Below, one piece after another: positions 27,921-37,524 of a DNA stretch of 64,000 bases. The notes under the pieces are model-generated. The model saw only the letters and a list, made by a program, of their open reading frames with translations, had not been told where the DNA came from and made no database searches. The stretch spans positions 1,376,001-1,440,000 of the forward strand of contig CBDCXV010000011.1 in assembly GCA_965223905.1 (NCBI GenBank), read 5' to 3'. The number at the start of each line of letters is the position of its first letter. The stretch's first letter is position 1. The stretch is from Candidatus Latescibacterota bacterium (GTDB lineage Bacteria; Latescibacterota; UBA2968; UBA8231). The translations under genes and the position numbers were made by a program.

Positions 27921-29297
27921 TTGTATAGATCGGCTGAACGCGCTCTGGCCCAATGGTTTGCCGCCCCACAGCGAAAACCGCTGGTCATCCGCGGTGCGCG
28001 CCAAGTGGGTAAATCCACCCTGGTGCGGCAATTCGCCCAGTCCCATCGCCTGCACCTCAACGAAATCAACCTCGAGCGCCACCCAGACCTGGACCCCGTC
28101 TTCCAGACCTTGGACCTGACGCGCATCCGCCGGGAACTCGAAGGGCTGCTGGGTCAACCGCTGTTGGCATCGAACAGCGTACTCTTCCTCGACGAAATCC
28201 AAGCGACCCCCCACGCCCTGCCCGCCCTGCGCTATTTCTTCGAAGATCACCCCGAGTTGCCGGTTATCGCCGCTGGCTCCCTGCTCGAATTCGTCCTCTC
28301 GCAACACGCCTTTACCATGCCGGTAGGGCGCATTCAATACTTCCACCTGGGCCCGATGACCTTTGAAGAATTTCTCGCCGAACTGGACCCGCCCCTCTTG
28401 GCCTATCTGCAAGACTACATCCCTGAGCATTCCCTGGCCCATACCGTCCACACCCGCTTGTCGGCCTGTCAGCGGGAATACTTGCTGGTGGGCGGTATGC
28501 CCGAAGCCGTAGCCGCGTATAGCTCCACCCGCCGCTTTGCCGACGTGACGCCGGTGCATCAGTCCATCGTCGATACCTACCAGGACGATTTTGCCAAGTA
28601 CTCCTCCGCCCGGGTCCGGCTGCGCCTGCAGCGAGTCTTCAACTACGTTCCCCGGACCGTGGGTCGCAAAGTCAAATACACCCAGATCGACCGCGAGGAG
28701 ACCGCCCGCGAACTGCGGGCCGCCATCGACTTGCTGGTCAATGCCCGGGTCATTGCACCCGTCTTCCACAGTACCTGTTCCGGGGTGCCCCTCCACGCCG
28801 ATGTCGATTGGAAGACCTACAAGCTCCTCTTTTTGGACATCGGCCTGATGAACCGTCTGTGCGGCCTGGACTGGCTGGCTCTGAAGGACCTGGACGACCG
28901 CCAACTGGTCAATGAAGGAGCCTTGGCCGAACAGTTCGTCGGGCAACACTTACTCTACCTGGAAGAGGGTCGGGAAACGCCTCGTCTGAACTACTGGTTG
29001 CGGGAAGGGAAAAGTGCCAACGCCGAAGTTGACTACGCGATTGCCCGGGGGGCTTGGATCGTGCCGATCAAAGTCAAAGCCGGCACCAGCGGCACCCTGC
29101 GCTCGCTGCACCAGTTCGCCTTGGCCAAAGGGACGCGCCTCGCGGTGCGCTTCGACCTCAATCCGCCCACCGTCCAGTCCATCCGGCATCAAGTGAGCGG
29201 AACGCGGCAGCGCGTGGAAATGACCTTGCTCTCGCTGCCGCTTTACCTGGTGGGGCAACTGGGCCGCCTGCTGGACCGGCTCAGGCAGGAGCGATAA
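27921..29297 (+). CDS. AAA_14 ATPase with C-terminal DUF4143 (restriction-endonuclease-like) domain
   Basis: RKPLVIRGARQVGKS, FLDEIQ, AAGSLL, GGMPEAV, KLLFLDIGL, EVDY; likely TTG start at 27921. Confidence 0.9.
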   Translation: MYRSAERALAQWFAAPQRKPLVIRGARQVGKSTLVRQFAQSHRLHLNEINLERHPDLDPVFQTLDLTRIRRELEGLLGQPLLASNSVLFLDEIQATPHALPALRYFFEDHPELPVIAAGSLLEFVLSQHAFTMPVGRIQYFHLGPMTFEEFLAELDPPLLAYLQDYIPEHSLAHTVHTRLSACQREYLLVGGMPEAVAAYSSTRRFADVTPVHQSIVDTYQDDFAKYSSARVRLRLQRVFNYVPRTVGRKVKYTQIDREETARELRAAIDLLVNARVIAPVFHSTCSGVPLHADVDWKTYKLLFLDIGLMNRLCGLDWLALKDLDDRQLVNEGALAEQFVGQHLLYLEEGRETPRLNYWLREGKSANAEVDYAIARGAWIVPIKVKAGTSGTLRSLHQFALAKGTRLAVRFDLNPPTVQSIRHQVSGTRQRVEMTLLSLPLYLVGQLGRLLDRLRQER

Positions 29298-29389
29298 TCC
29301 AACGACAGCGGGCGGCATAGCCTATGCAGGAACCTTTTCCACGGCTAGCAACACCCGCCACGCAGCGTTACGTAGCGTTCACCTCGCGG

Positions 29390-29851
29390 CTAATCAGAAA
29401 TTACTGGTTTGAACTCTAATTCATTGAGAACAAGCACTCTCACAGCCTCTACACGCTTGAGAGCGTTATCGTTGGTTAAAAAGACCTGACAGTTCGCCGT
29501 TTTAGCAGCAGCAATTTGCAGTGCATCGGGGGTGCGTAACCCATATTGTGCCCGAAGATCAGCGGCGTACCCGGCTACCTCTGCATTGACCGGCAACGTA
29601 TAAAAGTTGGCACTGTGAAGCAATAAATCACGATATTGTTCTTTTAGATGAATTTGTCCTTGTTTCACAGGCTGAGTTAAAACTTCCGTCAAGGTAATAG
29701 CCGAGGTAAATCCTATAATGACCCTTGATCAATCCTGCGAAAAACCTCGGTAACCAGCACATCGTACTCAGGATGCGTTTCTATTAAATAGATGATGGGG
29801 GACCAATCCCAACGTCGTCACCTCGGCCAAGGCGTCGTCCAGTGGGATCAC
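29390..29851 (-). pseudogene. vapC: VapC/PIN-domain toxin, frameshifted
   Basis: MIPLDDALAEVTTLGL / PIIYLIETHPEY / TSAITLTEVL...LRTPDALQIAAA...FLTND; the first PIN Asp is lost and the frame breaks near 29800 and 29720. Confidence 0.75.
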
Positions 29852-30078
29852 GGTTGATGGTCCCATTCTTCGCGAAGACCATCGACATACGTTTGGGCAT
29901 CTATCCCTTGCCAAATCTCTTTGCCTAATCCACGCAGTTCCAGAATACTCCGGTTTTTGGGGGCCAGTGGAGCGGTGAGAGCCAAATCATGAGCCGTCAT
30001 TTCCAACAGGCGCAAGCGCTCACCGGTAGGCAACGGTTTGACATATTTTTCATAGACTTCCTCCAAGCGATCCGTCAT
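29848..30078 (-). CDS. VapB-like antitoxin
   Basis: RSILELRGLGKEIWQGIDAQTYVDGLREEWD; GTGA overlap with the PIN gene. Confidence 0.8.
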   Translation of the reverse strand: MTDRLEEVYEKYVKPLPTGERLRLLEMTAHDLALTAPLAPKNRSILELRGLGKEIWQGIDAQTYVDGLREEWDHQP

Positions 30079-30253
30079 ATCATGCTCCTTTTCCCGGTTT
30101 GACTTTCTCTTGATACGCGACACCGGAATTTAAGTTGCTTGGCGGGTGCTGTCGAGTTTCAGCAAGGTCAGGGTTCCGAGCGCCAACAAGTCACCGCTTC
30201 TCCCTAGTCCTCTGCTGCGCCGCTCCCGGTGTCGCTCAGGCCGTTGGTATCAA

Positions 30254-30650
30254 CCAAATGGTCAATGAAGGGGCCTTGGCAGAACAGTTCGTCGGGCAAC
30301 ACCTGCTCTACCTGGAAGAGGGTCGGGAAACGCCCCGGCTGAACTACTGGCTGCGGGAAGGGAAAAGTGCCAACGCCGAAGTTGACTACGCGATTGCCCG
30401 GGGGGCTTGGATCGTGCCGGTCGAAGTCAAAGCCGGCACCAGCGGCACCCTGCGCTCGCTGCATCAGTTCGCCTTGGCCAAAGGGACGCGCCTCGCGGTG
30501 CGCTTCGACCTCAATCCGCCCACCGTCCAGTCCATCCGGCACCAAGTGAGCGGAACGCGGCAGCGCGTGGAAATGACCTTGCTCTCGCTGCCGCTTTACC
30601 TGGTGGGGCAACTGGGCCGCCTGCTGGACCGGCTCAGGCAGGAGCAATAA
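30254..30650 (+). repeat. Near-identical direct repeat of the last ~400 bp of the AAA-DUF4143 gene
   Basis: Matches 28901-29297 with about a dozen substitutions by eye and no indels; ends at the same stop codon. Confidence 0.93.
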
Positions 30651-31043
30651 GGTCGCCCTGTTCCACGAATTCATCGGCGGCGTAGGCGCGTGGTCGCACT
30701 TCATCTATCAGTCGCCGATGGTGCGGTGTGATGCGCCCATGCCCAGCACCACGCCACCCATCGCGGTTGTTCCTCTTCTGCTAGAAATAGCCCTCAGCCA
30801 TCTGTCCAAATTCTCGCGATCATTTCCGGATATCCACGATGGGCGGTGGGGGCGTTCCGAACGAACTCGGCACCAGCCTCTTTGCGGAAGCGCTGCTTGA
30901 AAATGAGACAGATCGTCCATGGTGATCGAACCTCTGCCGCCGGTTGCTTCGTAGAAATTGGAATACGTATTGCCACGCCAGACGGTATTGGTCTCACCGA
31001 CATGGCTGATCCAGGATACGTCGTCGCTCCCGGAGCTTTCGAC

Positions 31044-31256
31044 GCCGCCTCGGCTATGTGCTTCAAGCTGACCGGCGAGCGGGGCTACCTGGAGGTGGGC
31101 AGGGTACTGCTGGTCCGCCTTGCCGAATCGCAGGACTGGAGCGACGATCCGAGGAAACGCGGCGCCGTGGGCATGAGCCCGATGTACCTGAGCCTGCTGT
31201 TTTTCGGCGTGCCCTGTCTGCTGGGGGTACTGCAGGAGGCGGGGCTAGAGGAGTGA
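31044..31256 (+). repeat. Diverged direct repeat of the 3' end of gene 26047-27606
   Basis: Encodes TGERGYLEVGRVLLVRLAESQDWSDDPRKRGAVGMSPMYLSLLFFGVPCLLGVLQEAGLEE*, matching the 27392-27606 tail. Confidence 0.9.
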
Positions 31257-31272
31257 GGGCGGTGCCGCCCGG

Positions 31273-32021
31273 CTACCACCTCTCTATTCCCCCCAGGAGC
31301 AGCTTCCGCTCGTCGCTGCCGCTCTCCCGCAGGGCGGTGACCCGGGGGCCGTCGAACGGCTCGCGCGATTTCATCCAGGCGTCCGGTAGCACATCAGGCA
31401 GACCCGGCGCCGGGTGCCCGAGGTATTGGCCGCGCCCCGGTGGTAGAGCCAGCCATCGAAGAGAACGGCCTGTCCGGGGCGCGCCAGAACCCGCAGCTCG
31501 TCCGGGAAGCGGGGGTGGCCTTCGGGCGGCCGGAAAGGGACGCGCTGGCTGCCGGGGAGGATGACGATGGGGCCGTTCTCCGCGGTGATTTCGTCGAGGT
31601 AGTAGCCGCAGTTGATCTGGCCGGGCAGGCTGCCGTACGGCGTGCCCGCAGGGTCCATGGGCCAGGGGCCGTCCCGGTGCCAGTCCTGGTCGAGCTCGCC
31701 GCCGATGGTAACGCGCGCCGTGGCGCTGTGGAGCTGGACGCAGGTGCCGAGGATCGCCTTGATGCGCCTGAGCACGGGCGGGTTGTCGAGCAGAAAGGCG
31801 AACCCCTCGTCCTCTTCGAGAAGCTGGTGGATGAACTGCTCGCCGCTGCGGGCGAAGGCGGTGTCGAGGGCGGTCCGCAGGATATCGACCTGCTCGGCGG
31901 TAACGGCCTCTTCCACGACCAGGTAGCCCCACTTGAGAAAGAAGGCGACCTCCCGTTCGAGGGCGGGGTCGGGATCGGGGTTGAGGCGCCGGGGAACGGG
32001 AGTAGCGGCCAATTCAGGCAA
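31273..32021 (-). CDS. PhyH family dioxygenase (1-nt frameshift near 31385)
   Basis: WGYLVVE, WHRD, ENGPIVILPGS, LYHRGAAN; natural C-terminus AWMKSREPFDGPRV... continues in another frame. Confidence 0.8.
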
Positions 32022-32799
32022 CCCCCTCGGCCACCACCGGATTGCGCAGCACGCCGATGCCCTCGATCTCGATCTCCACCACGTCGCCGGGCTGTACTTC
32101 CCCGACGCCGGAAGGGGTGCCGGTCATAATGACGTCCCCGGGCAGCAGGGTGACGGCGGCGCTGAGATACTCGATCAACTCCGCCACCGAAAAGATCAGG
32201 TCCGCGGTCGAGGTCGACTGCACGACGCGTCCGTTCAACCGTGTCGTCAGCTGCAGGTCCGAAGAGTCGAGACCGGTGGCGATCCAGGGGCCCAGGGGCT
32301 TGAAGGTGTCGAACCCCTTGCCGATCAGCAGGCAGCCGTTGTCCATCTCCGCCTTCTGGATCACGCGCTCGCTGACGTCGTTGCCGATGGTGTAGCCGAA
32401 CACGTGGTCGAGGGCCCGGTCCGCGGACACGCGGCGCGCGGCCGTGCCGATGACCGCGGCCAGTTCCCCCTCGTAGTGAACGACCCTGCCCTGCCTCGGG
32501 TAGACGATGCCGTCGCCGGGGTTGCAGACCGCGGTCGCCGGCAGCTGGAACAGGATCGGCCGATCGGGCGGGTCATGGCCGCTCTCCGCGGCGTGGGCGG
32601 CGTAGTTCAGGCCGACGCCGATCAGGCGCGGGTTCGCCACGGGGGCCAGCAGCCGGACGTCCACGAGGGCGAGCTGCCCGCCCGTGCGGCACAGCCCGCC
32701 GTACCCGGGGCCCTCCAGCAGGTCCAGCATGCCGTCGCCGGCGAGGGCCCCGTACCTCTCCACGCCTTGGTGTTCGAAGCGGGCGATTCGTTCAGTCAT
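32014..32799 (-). CDS. Fumarylacetoacetate hydrolase family protein
   Basis: GLNYAAH, HYEGELAAVIG, GNDVSER, KGFDTF, PGDVIMTGTPSGVG. Confidence 0.93.
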   Translation of the reverse strand: MTERIARFEHQGVERYGALAGDGMLDLLEGPGYGGLCRTGGQLALVDVRLLAPVANPRLIGVGLNYAAHAAESGHDPPDRPILFQLPATAVCNPGDGIVYPRQGRVVHYEGELAAVIGTAARRVSADRALDHVFGYTIGNDVSERVIQKAEMDNGCLLIGKGFDTFKPLGPWIATGLDSSDLQLTTRLNGRVVQSTSTADLIFSVAELIEYLSAAVTLLPGDVIMTGTPSGVGEVQPGDVVEIEIEGIGVLRNPVVAEGVA

Positions 32800-32952
32800 T
32801 TTCCGCCTCCTCCTTCATTAGCTGGGAGTGCCCCGGGAGGCCGGGTCGCGACACAAACCAGGGGTCTCGTGTTTTCGTCGACGAACCGGGAGCCCGACCA
32901 CGGCTACGCTTTCGGGCGAACCTCGCATCGCAGGAGCCGTCCGCGGACCGAC

Positions 32953-33261
32953 TCAACCCAATATGGAAAGAGCCAGCCACCCGAAGAACCCGGCATTCGC
33001 CGCAACCAGAGCTGTGCCCAGCTTCCTGTGGTTCCGTCGGGTAGCAACCGCTGCCACCAGGTAGACGCCGACCGGAAACAACCCCCACAGGAAGAAGCCC
33101 GGCGATGCGGCAAGGTACGCCGACGCCGGGCCGACCAGGACCGCGGCCACGAGCAGCGGCGTTGGACGCCTGCGGGCCAGTCCGAAGGAGGCCGCCAGCA
33201 CACTCAGGACCACCGCCGGCCAGAAGAGCAAGGCAGGCCAGAGCACCAGCAGGTCAGCCAT
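32953..33261 (-). CDS. Small 4-TM membrane protein
   Basis: MADLLVLWPALLFWP...; four hydrophobic stretches, 102 aa. Confidence 0.6.
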   Translation of the reverse strand: MADLLVLWPALLFWPAVVLSVLAASFGLARRRPTPLLVAAVLVGPASAYLAASPGFFLWGLFPVGVYLVAAVATRRNHRKLGTALVAANAGFFGWLALSILG

Positions 33262-33477
33262 GTAACGTGTGACGCGAGCCGCACGCGCTCGCCTGCGGCC
33301 GCCGCGCTCTCCGTGGAGCAGCGCCGAGGTCGATGCCCGCGGTTCGTCCCGAGGGGACGCCTTGCAGCGCCCGAAGCGCCGCGCGGTCTCGCGCTCCACC
33401 CAGCGTCAGGGTGTATGGAGAAGCGGTGCGTCGATCGCGACGACGACCGACCCGCGGCACCTGTAATCCGTATTCCA

Positions 33478-34839
33478 TCAGCTTCGCGCTTCTTCTGCGG
33501 ACACGCCGCGCTGGCCGCTCTCCAGCGCAGGGGCAGGTTCGATCGCCGGCGCCTCCTCCCCCGCCGCGAGCATGCGCCGGATCATCCGTTCCCGCATCGC
33601 CGCGGCCACCGCTTCATGCGACCGGAGCCCGACGAGGTTCCGCAGCTCGTAGGGGTCCGCCTCGAGGTCGTAGAGGTACTGCTCGACATACCGGTCCGAT
33701 CCCGAATCTTCGCGGCTGCTTCCGGGGGCATCCACGCCGTACTTCCAGCGCCGGGTACGGACCGCCCGCCCCACCTGCGCTTCGCTGGTCTGCACGAAGA
33801 CCTCCTCGGGCCAGCCGGCTCTTTCACCGCGCAGGAGCGGGAGAAGCGAGCGGCCCTGCATCTCGGCGGGAACCGCCAGCCCCGCGGCACCGAGAAGGGT
33901 CGGCGGTAGATCGACGAGACTGACGAGCTCCTGGATCTGCCCCCCGCCCGTGAACCCGGGGCCGTGGAACGCGGTCGGCACGCGGATCGAGCTTTCGTGG
34001 CATGAACGCTTGTACTCGTTGTTGCGCGTCTTGAAGTGGCAGCCGTGGTCGGAGGTGAACAGGAGGACGGTATTGTCGAGCAGGTCGAGGCTTTTGAGCG
34101 CGTCCAGGATCCGACCCAGCGCCTCGTCCAACCTCTTGACCATGCCGTAGTACCCGCCCAGATGCTGGTGCGCCGAGCCTCCGAGGGCGGCGAGGTCGGG
34201 CGGCATCCACCTCCCGGTGTACCGCTCCCGGTACCCGTCCGGGGGCGGATAGTCGTCGAGATGGTTCTGGTGATGCGGCTCGATGTACGAGGTGAAGAGA
34301 TAGAAGGGCTCGTTCCTGTGCCCGTCGACGTACCGGATCACGGCATCGGTCAGCGCGTCCACGCGGTAGCCGGGAAGGTCGACCGGTTGATTGTCGTTGT
34401 CGTACAGGGTGGTCTTGTACGCGTCGGAGGTGAACTCGAGGACGTTGGAGGCCAGCCAGTAGTCGTACCCGCCGCGATGCCCGGCCGGCACCGGCCCGAC
34501 GGCCTCCCTGGAGTAGAGGTGCCACTTGCCGATGTATCCGGTGGCGTAGCCGGCCTCTCCGAAGTGGTGTGCCAGGGTCTTCAGGTCCCCGGGCAGCGGG
34601 ATGCCGTTCCGGTAGCATCCGGTGCGGGTGGCGTACATCCCGGTCTGCAGGCAGGAGCGCGCCGGCCCGCACACAGGCTGGCAGGTGAAGGAGCGCCGGA
34701 CATGGGTGCCGCGCTGCGCCATGCGGTCGAAGTTGGGCGTCAGGTCGAGCGGGTTGCCGTGCAGCCCGGAGGTGTCCCACCGCTGCTGATCGGTGAAGAA
34801 GACGAGGACATTGGGTCGATTTGCTTCAGGTCGGGGCAT
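33478..34839 (-). CDS. Sulfatase (formylglycine-dependent, Cys-type)
   Basis: PNVLVFFTDQQR, CGPAR (CxPxR), GYIGKWHL, FTSDHG, LYDLEADPYE. Confidence 0.95.
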   Translation of the reverse strand: MPRPEANRPNVLVFFTDQQRWDTSGLHGNPLDLTPNFDRMAQRGTHVRRSFTCQPVCGPARSCLQTGMYATRTGCYRNGIPLPGDLKTLAHHFGEAGYATGYIGKWHLYSREAVGPVPAGHRGGYDYWLASNVLEFTSDAYKTTLYDNDNQPVDLPGYRVDALTDAVIRYVDGHRNEPFYLFTSYIEPHHQNHLDDYPPPDGYRERYTGRWMPPDLAALGGSAHQHLGGYYGMVKRLDEALGRILDALKSLDLLDNTVLLFTSDHGCHFKTRNNEYKRSCHESSIRVPTAFHGPGFTGGGQIQELVSLVDLPPTLLGAAGLAVPAEMQGRSLLPLLRGERAGWPEEVFVQTSEAQVGRAVRTRRWKYGVDAPGSSREDSGSDRYVEQYLYDLEADPYELRNLVGLRSHEAVAAAMRERMIRRMLAAGEEAPAIEPAPALESGQRGVSAEEARS

Positions 34840-35081
34840 GGCCTGCTTTTTCTCTCTATCTCTCTCTATTCGGTTTTTGGTTTCCCATCGCCTTGACGAG
34901 CTTGCCTTGGCGAGCCGGGAATCAGCGCCGACTTGCCCGTCAAGTCCAATACTTTCCTTTCTCCCGCCAGGACTTCCTCCAATTGTAATTCGAACTTTGT
35001 TTGTACCAGCGGGTTCGGTTCCGATTTTCATTTACTTCCTCCGAAGCACAGCCAGTTCTAGTCGAACTTCAGGAGACTCCC

Positions 35082-36113
35082 TTGAAAGCCGTCGTCCTCC
35101 ACAAGGCCGGTGACCTGCGAATCGAGGAGCGGGAAGAGGGCGCCCCGGGTCCCGGCGAGGTCAAGGTCCGGATGGCTGCCGGCGGCGTCTGCGGAACCGA
35201 CCTCCACTACTACAATCACGGGGGCTTCGGCACGGTGTTACTGAAGGAGCCGATGATCCTCGGTCACGAAGTCTCCGGCCATGTCGCCGCGGTGGGCCCC
35301 GGGGTTGAAGGACTCGCGCAAGGAGACCTAGTCGCGGTCTCTCCCTCGCGTCCCTGCGGGGACTGCCGCTTCTGTGCCGGCGGCCTGCACATCCATTGCC
35401 CCGACATGCGGTTCTACGGCTCCGCCATGCCGTTCCCGCACATCCAGGGGGCCTTCCGCGAAGAGCTGGTCGCCGACGCTTCCCAGTGCGTGAAGGCGGA
35501 CGGGCTTTCCGCGGGAGAGGCGGCCATGGCCGAACCCCTGTCGGTGTGCCTGCACGCAACCCGCCGGGCCGGCGAGCTGAAGGGGAAGCGGGTTCTGGTT
35601 ACCGGTTGCGGGCCGATCGGGGTGCTCTCCATCCTGGCGGCGCGCTGGGCCGGGGCTGCCGAGATCGTCGCCACCGACCTCGTCGGCAACGCCCTGAAGC
35701 ACGCGTCGATGGCGGGGGCCGACCGGGTGATCGACGTTACCGAAGCGCCCGACGGGTTGGAAGCCTACACTGCTGACAAGGGGTATTTCGATCTGCTCTA
35801 CGAGTGCACCGGTGCGGCCGCGGCCCTGTCCGGGGCCATAGCGGCGATGCGTCCGCGGGCAGTGGTGATGCAACTCGGGCTCGGCGGCGACATGGCCGTA
35901 CCGACGATGCAGATCACCGTAAAGGAACTCGACCTGCGCGGCTCCTTCCGGTTTCACGAGGAGTTCGCGACCGCGGTGCGGCTGATGCAGTCCGGGGAAA
36001 TCGACGTGAAAGCGGCGATCACCCACACCCTTCCTCTCGAGGAGGCCGAGCTCGCCTTCCGGATCGCGAACGATCGCAGCCAGGCGATGAAGACGCAGAT
36101 TGCGTTCATGTGA
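35082..36113 (+). CDS. idnD: L-idonate 5-dehydrogenase (Zn-dependent MDR)
   Basis: TTG start after AGGAG; 343 aa; GVCGTDLHYY, GHE, MRFYGSAMPFPHIQGAFRE, KELDLRGSFRFHEEF. Confidence 0.85.
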   Translation: MKAVVLHKAGDLRIEEREEGAPGPGEVKVRMAAGGVCGTDLHYYNHGGFGTVLLKEPMILGHEVSGHVAAVGPGVEGLAQGDLVAVSPSRPCGDCRFCAGGLHIHCPDMRFYGSAMPFPHIQGAFREELVADASQCVKADGLSAGEAAMAEPLSVCLHATRRAGELKGKRVLVTGCGPIGVLSILAARWAGAAEIVATDLVGNALKHASMAGADRVIDVTEAPDGLEAYTADKGYFDLLYECTGAAAALSGAIAAMRPRAVVMQLGLGGDMAVPTMQITVKELDLRGSFRFHEEFATAVRLMQSGEIDVKAAITHTLPLEEAELAFRIANDRSQAMKTQIAFM

Positions 36114-36186
36114 GGCCCGGGCCCGTACGGGTCGAGGACTGACGCGGTCAGGGTCTACGCACGGCGAGCGCCACCACGGCTATCGA

Positions 36187-37524
36187 TCACTCCACCGATA
36201 AAAGGAGCTTTTTCCAATCCGGAAACGTTCCCCGTTCAAGGAATTTCAGCAACGCCTTTCGGCCAAGCTCGTACCCTTGCTCTGCGATTTGCGCGGCCTC
36301 CTTCCGCTTCCCGCTCTTCCTGTCCCGGCCCCCATGCACGATCCCAGAACGGACACCATAGAAACGCTTCACCGCGTCGAACACTTCAACCCGAGTCTCC
36401 GGCTCGACGCCCAGAAGGTGTGCAGCCCTTACGGACAGCTTGTGGGTCAACTCGCCACCCTTCAGCTGAAACATCACTTCCAGTGCCACAGCTACATCAA
36501 GGATGCGGTCCTCCTGCCAGAAGCGCCCTCGATTGCGCCGCACCGACGAAACTAGCCGAGAGAGCGCCAGTTCCAAGAGATCACGCTTGTCCCCCCCGAA
36601 ACTGGTCCATTCGCAGAACAGGCGACGGGCCTGCGTGACATGTTCCCATTTCAGCTCCTTCACCTTCCACCAATCCGTCGACACGAACCCCACCTTGGTT
36701 CCGGGCCCGAAGTTGGGATCCACGTCCACGAAATCCGGCGCACACGAGAGAATCTCCACCACCTCGATCCGTTGCGATGTCACAAGCGATAACAGGTTGA
36801 GAAGCACTTCGTCCGCTAGACCGTTTCTCCAAGAGAATTTGACCCGTAGCGGCGGGTCATTGACGTGCTTCGACTTCCTTGGGGTCACTAGGCAAGGGCT
36901 CCAGATCATTTTTCGAAACAGTACCAAGGCTTGCATATCCCTGTAGGGTGTAACGTCATTCCAAGGCGCAGGCTCCTCTTTCTTGAGCATTCCGCGCTTA
37001 ACCGCGTCTTCATAAGACGCGAGGCCGGCGTCCGGCCCAAGCTCAACCACGCCGGTCATCACCAGTCCGCGAATTACCACAACATTGTAACCGGGCAAAC
37101 GTCCTTCCGTACCAAGCGTCAGGAATCTGTCCATTTCCTCCGCTGCTGCCTCGTCTCCCCGTCTTGCGCCGATCGTCGCTGCCCGCTGCGCCAATTGCTT
37201 CAATTCGACGCGGAAACCCTTACCAGGCATCGTCACGAACGTCGCCGCATCTTTACCCTGTCCACCAAAGACCGCACCCACCCCCGGGTGTTTCACCACA
37301 AGCTCGATCACCTTGCTTGGATCCGCGTGGATTTCCGTCAGGTATTCTTCCAGCACCGCTCGCGCTTTCACGTCCACCCGAGCGCGCTTTGCCAGCTCCT
37401 GATACTCAGCGTTACCCAGGTCAGGCAGCTCCGGACGATGTGCAGTCAGCGTCCCTGATAGCGGGCCCAACGCCTCCCCAAACGCATTGCGCCATGCTTC
37501 TCGACTTGGATCACTCACAGCCAC
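36187..37524 (-). CDS. HEPN-domain protein (ApeA-like)
   Basis: C-terminal ILDVAVALEVM...ELTHKLSVRAAHLLG...FYGVRSGIVHG (Rx4H). Confidence 0.75.
   Translation of the reverse strand: MAVSDPSREAWRNAFGEALGPLSGTLTAHRPELPDLGNAEYQELAKRARVDVKARAVLEEYLTEIHADPSKVIELVVKHPGVGAVFGGQGKDAATFVTMPGKGFRVELKQLAQRAATIGARRGDEAAAEEMDRFLTLGTEGRLPGYNVVVIRGLVMTGVVELGPDAGLASYEDAVKRGMLKKEEPAPWNDVTPYRDMQALVLFRKMIWSPCLVTPRKSKHVNDPPLRVKFSWRNGLADEVLLNLLSLVTSQRIEVVEILSCAPDFVDVDPNFGPGTKVGFVSTDWWKVKELKWEHVTQARRLFCEWTSFGGDKRDLLELALSRLVSSVRRNRGRFWQEDRILDVAVALEVMFQLKGGELTHKLSVRAAHLLGVEPETRVEVFDAVKRFYGVRSGIVHGGRDRKSGKRKEAAQIAEQGYELGRKALLKFLERGTFPDWKKLLLSVE

Noticed and set aside
30170-30250. attC-like site (GCCAAC...GTTGGT), and a similar GTTAC next to 33261
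   Set aside because: Core sites deviate from RYYYAAC/GTTRRRY, pairing is poor and there is no integron integrase in the window
28901-30650. Diversity-generating retroelement TR/VR pair
   Set aside because: No reverse transcriptase in the window; differences are mostly synonymous and not adenine-specific
30651-31043. Possible gene between the two tail repeats
   Set aside because: All frames are short or interrupted and no family is recognisable; probably a decayed fragment
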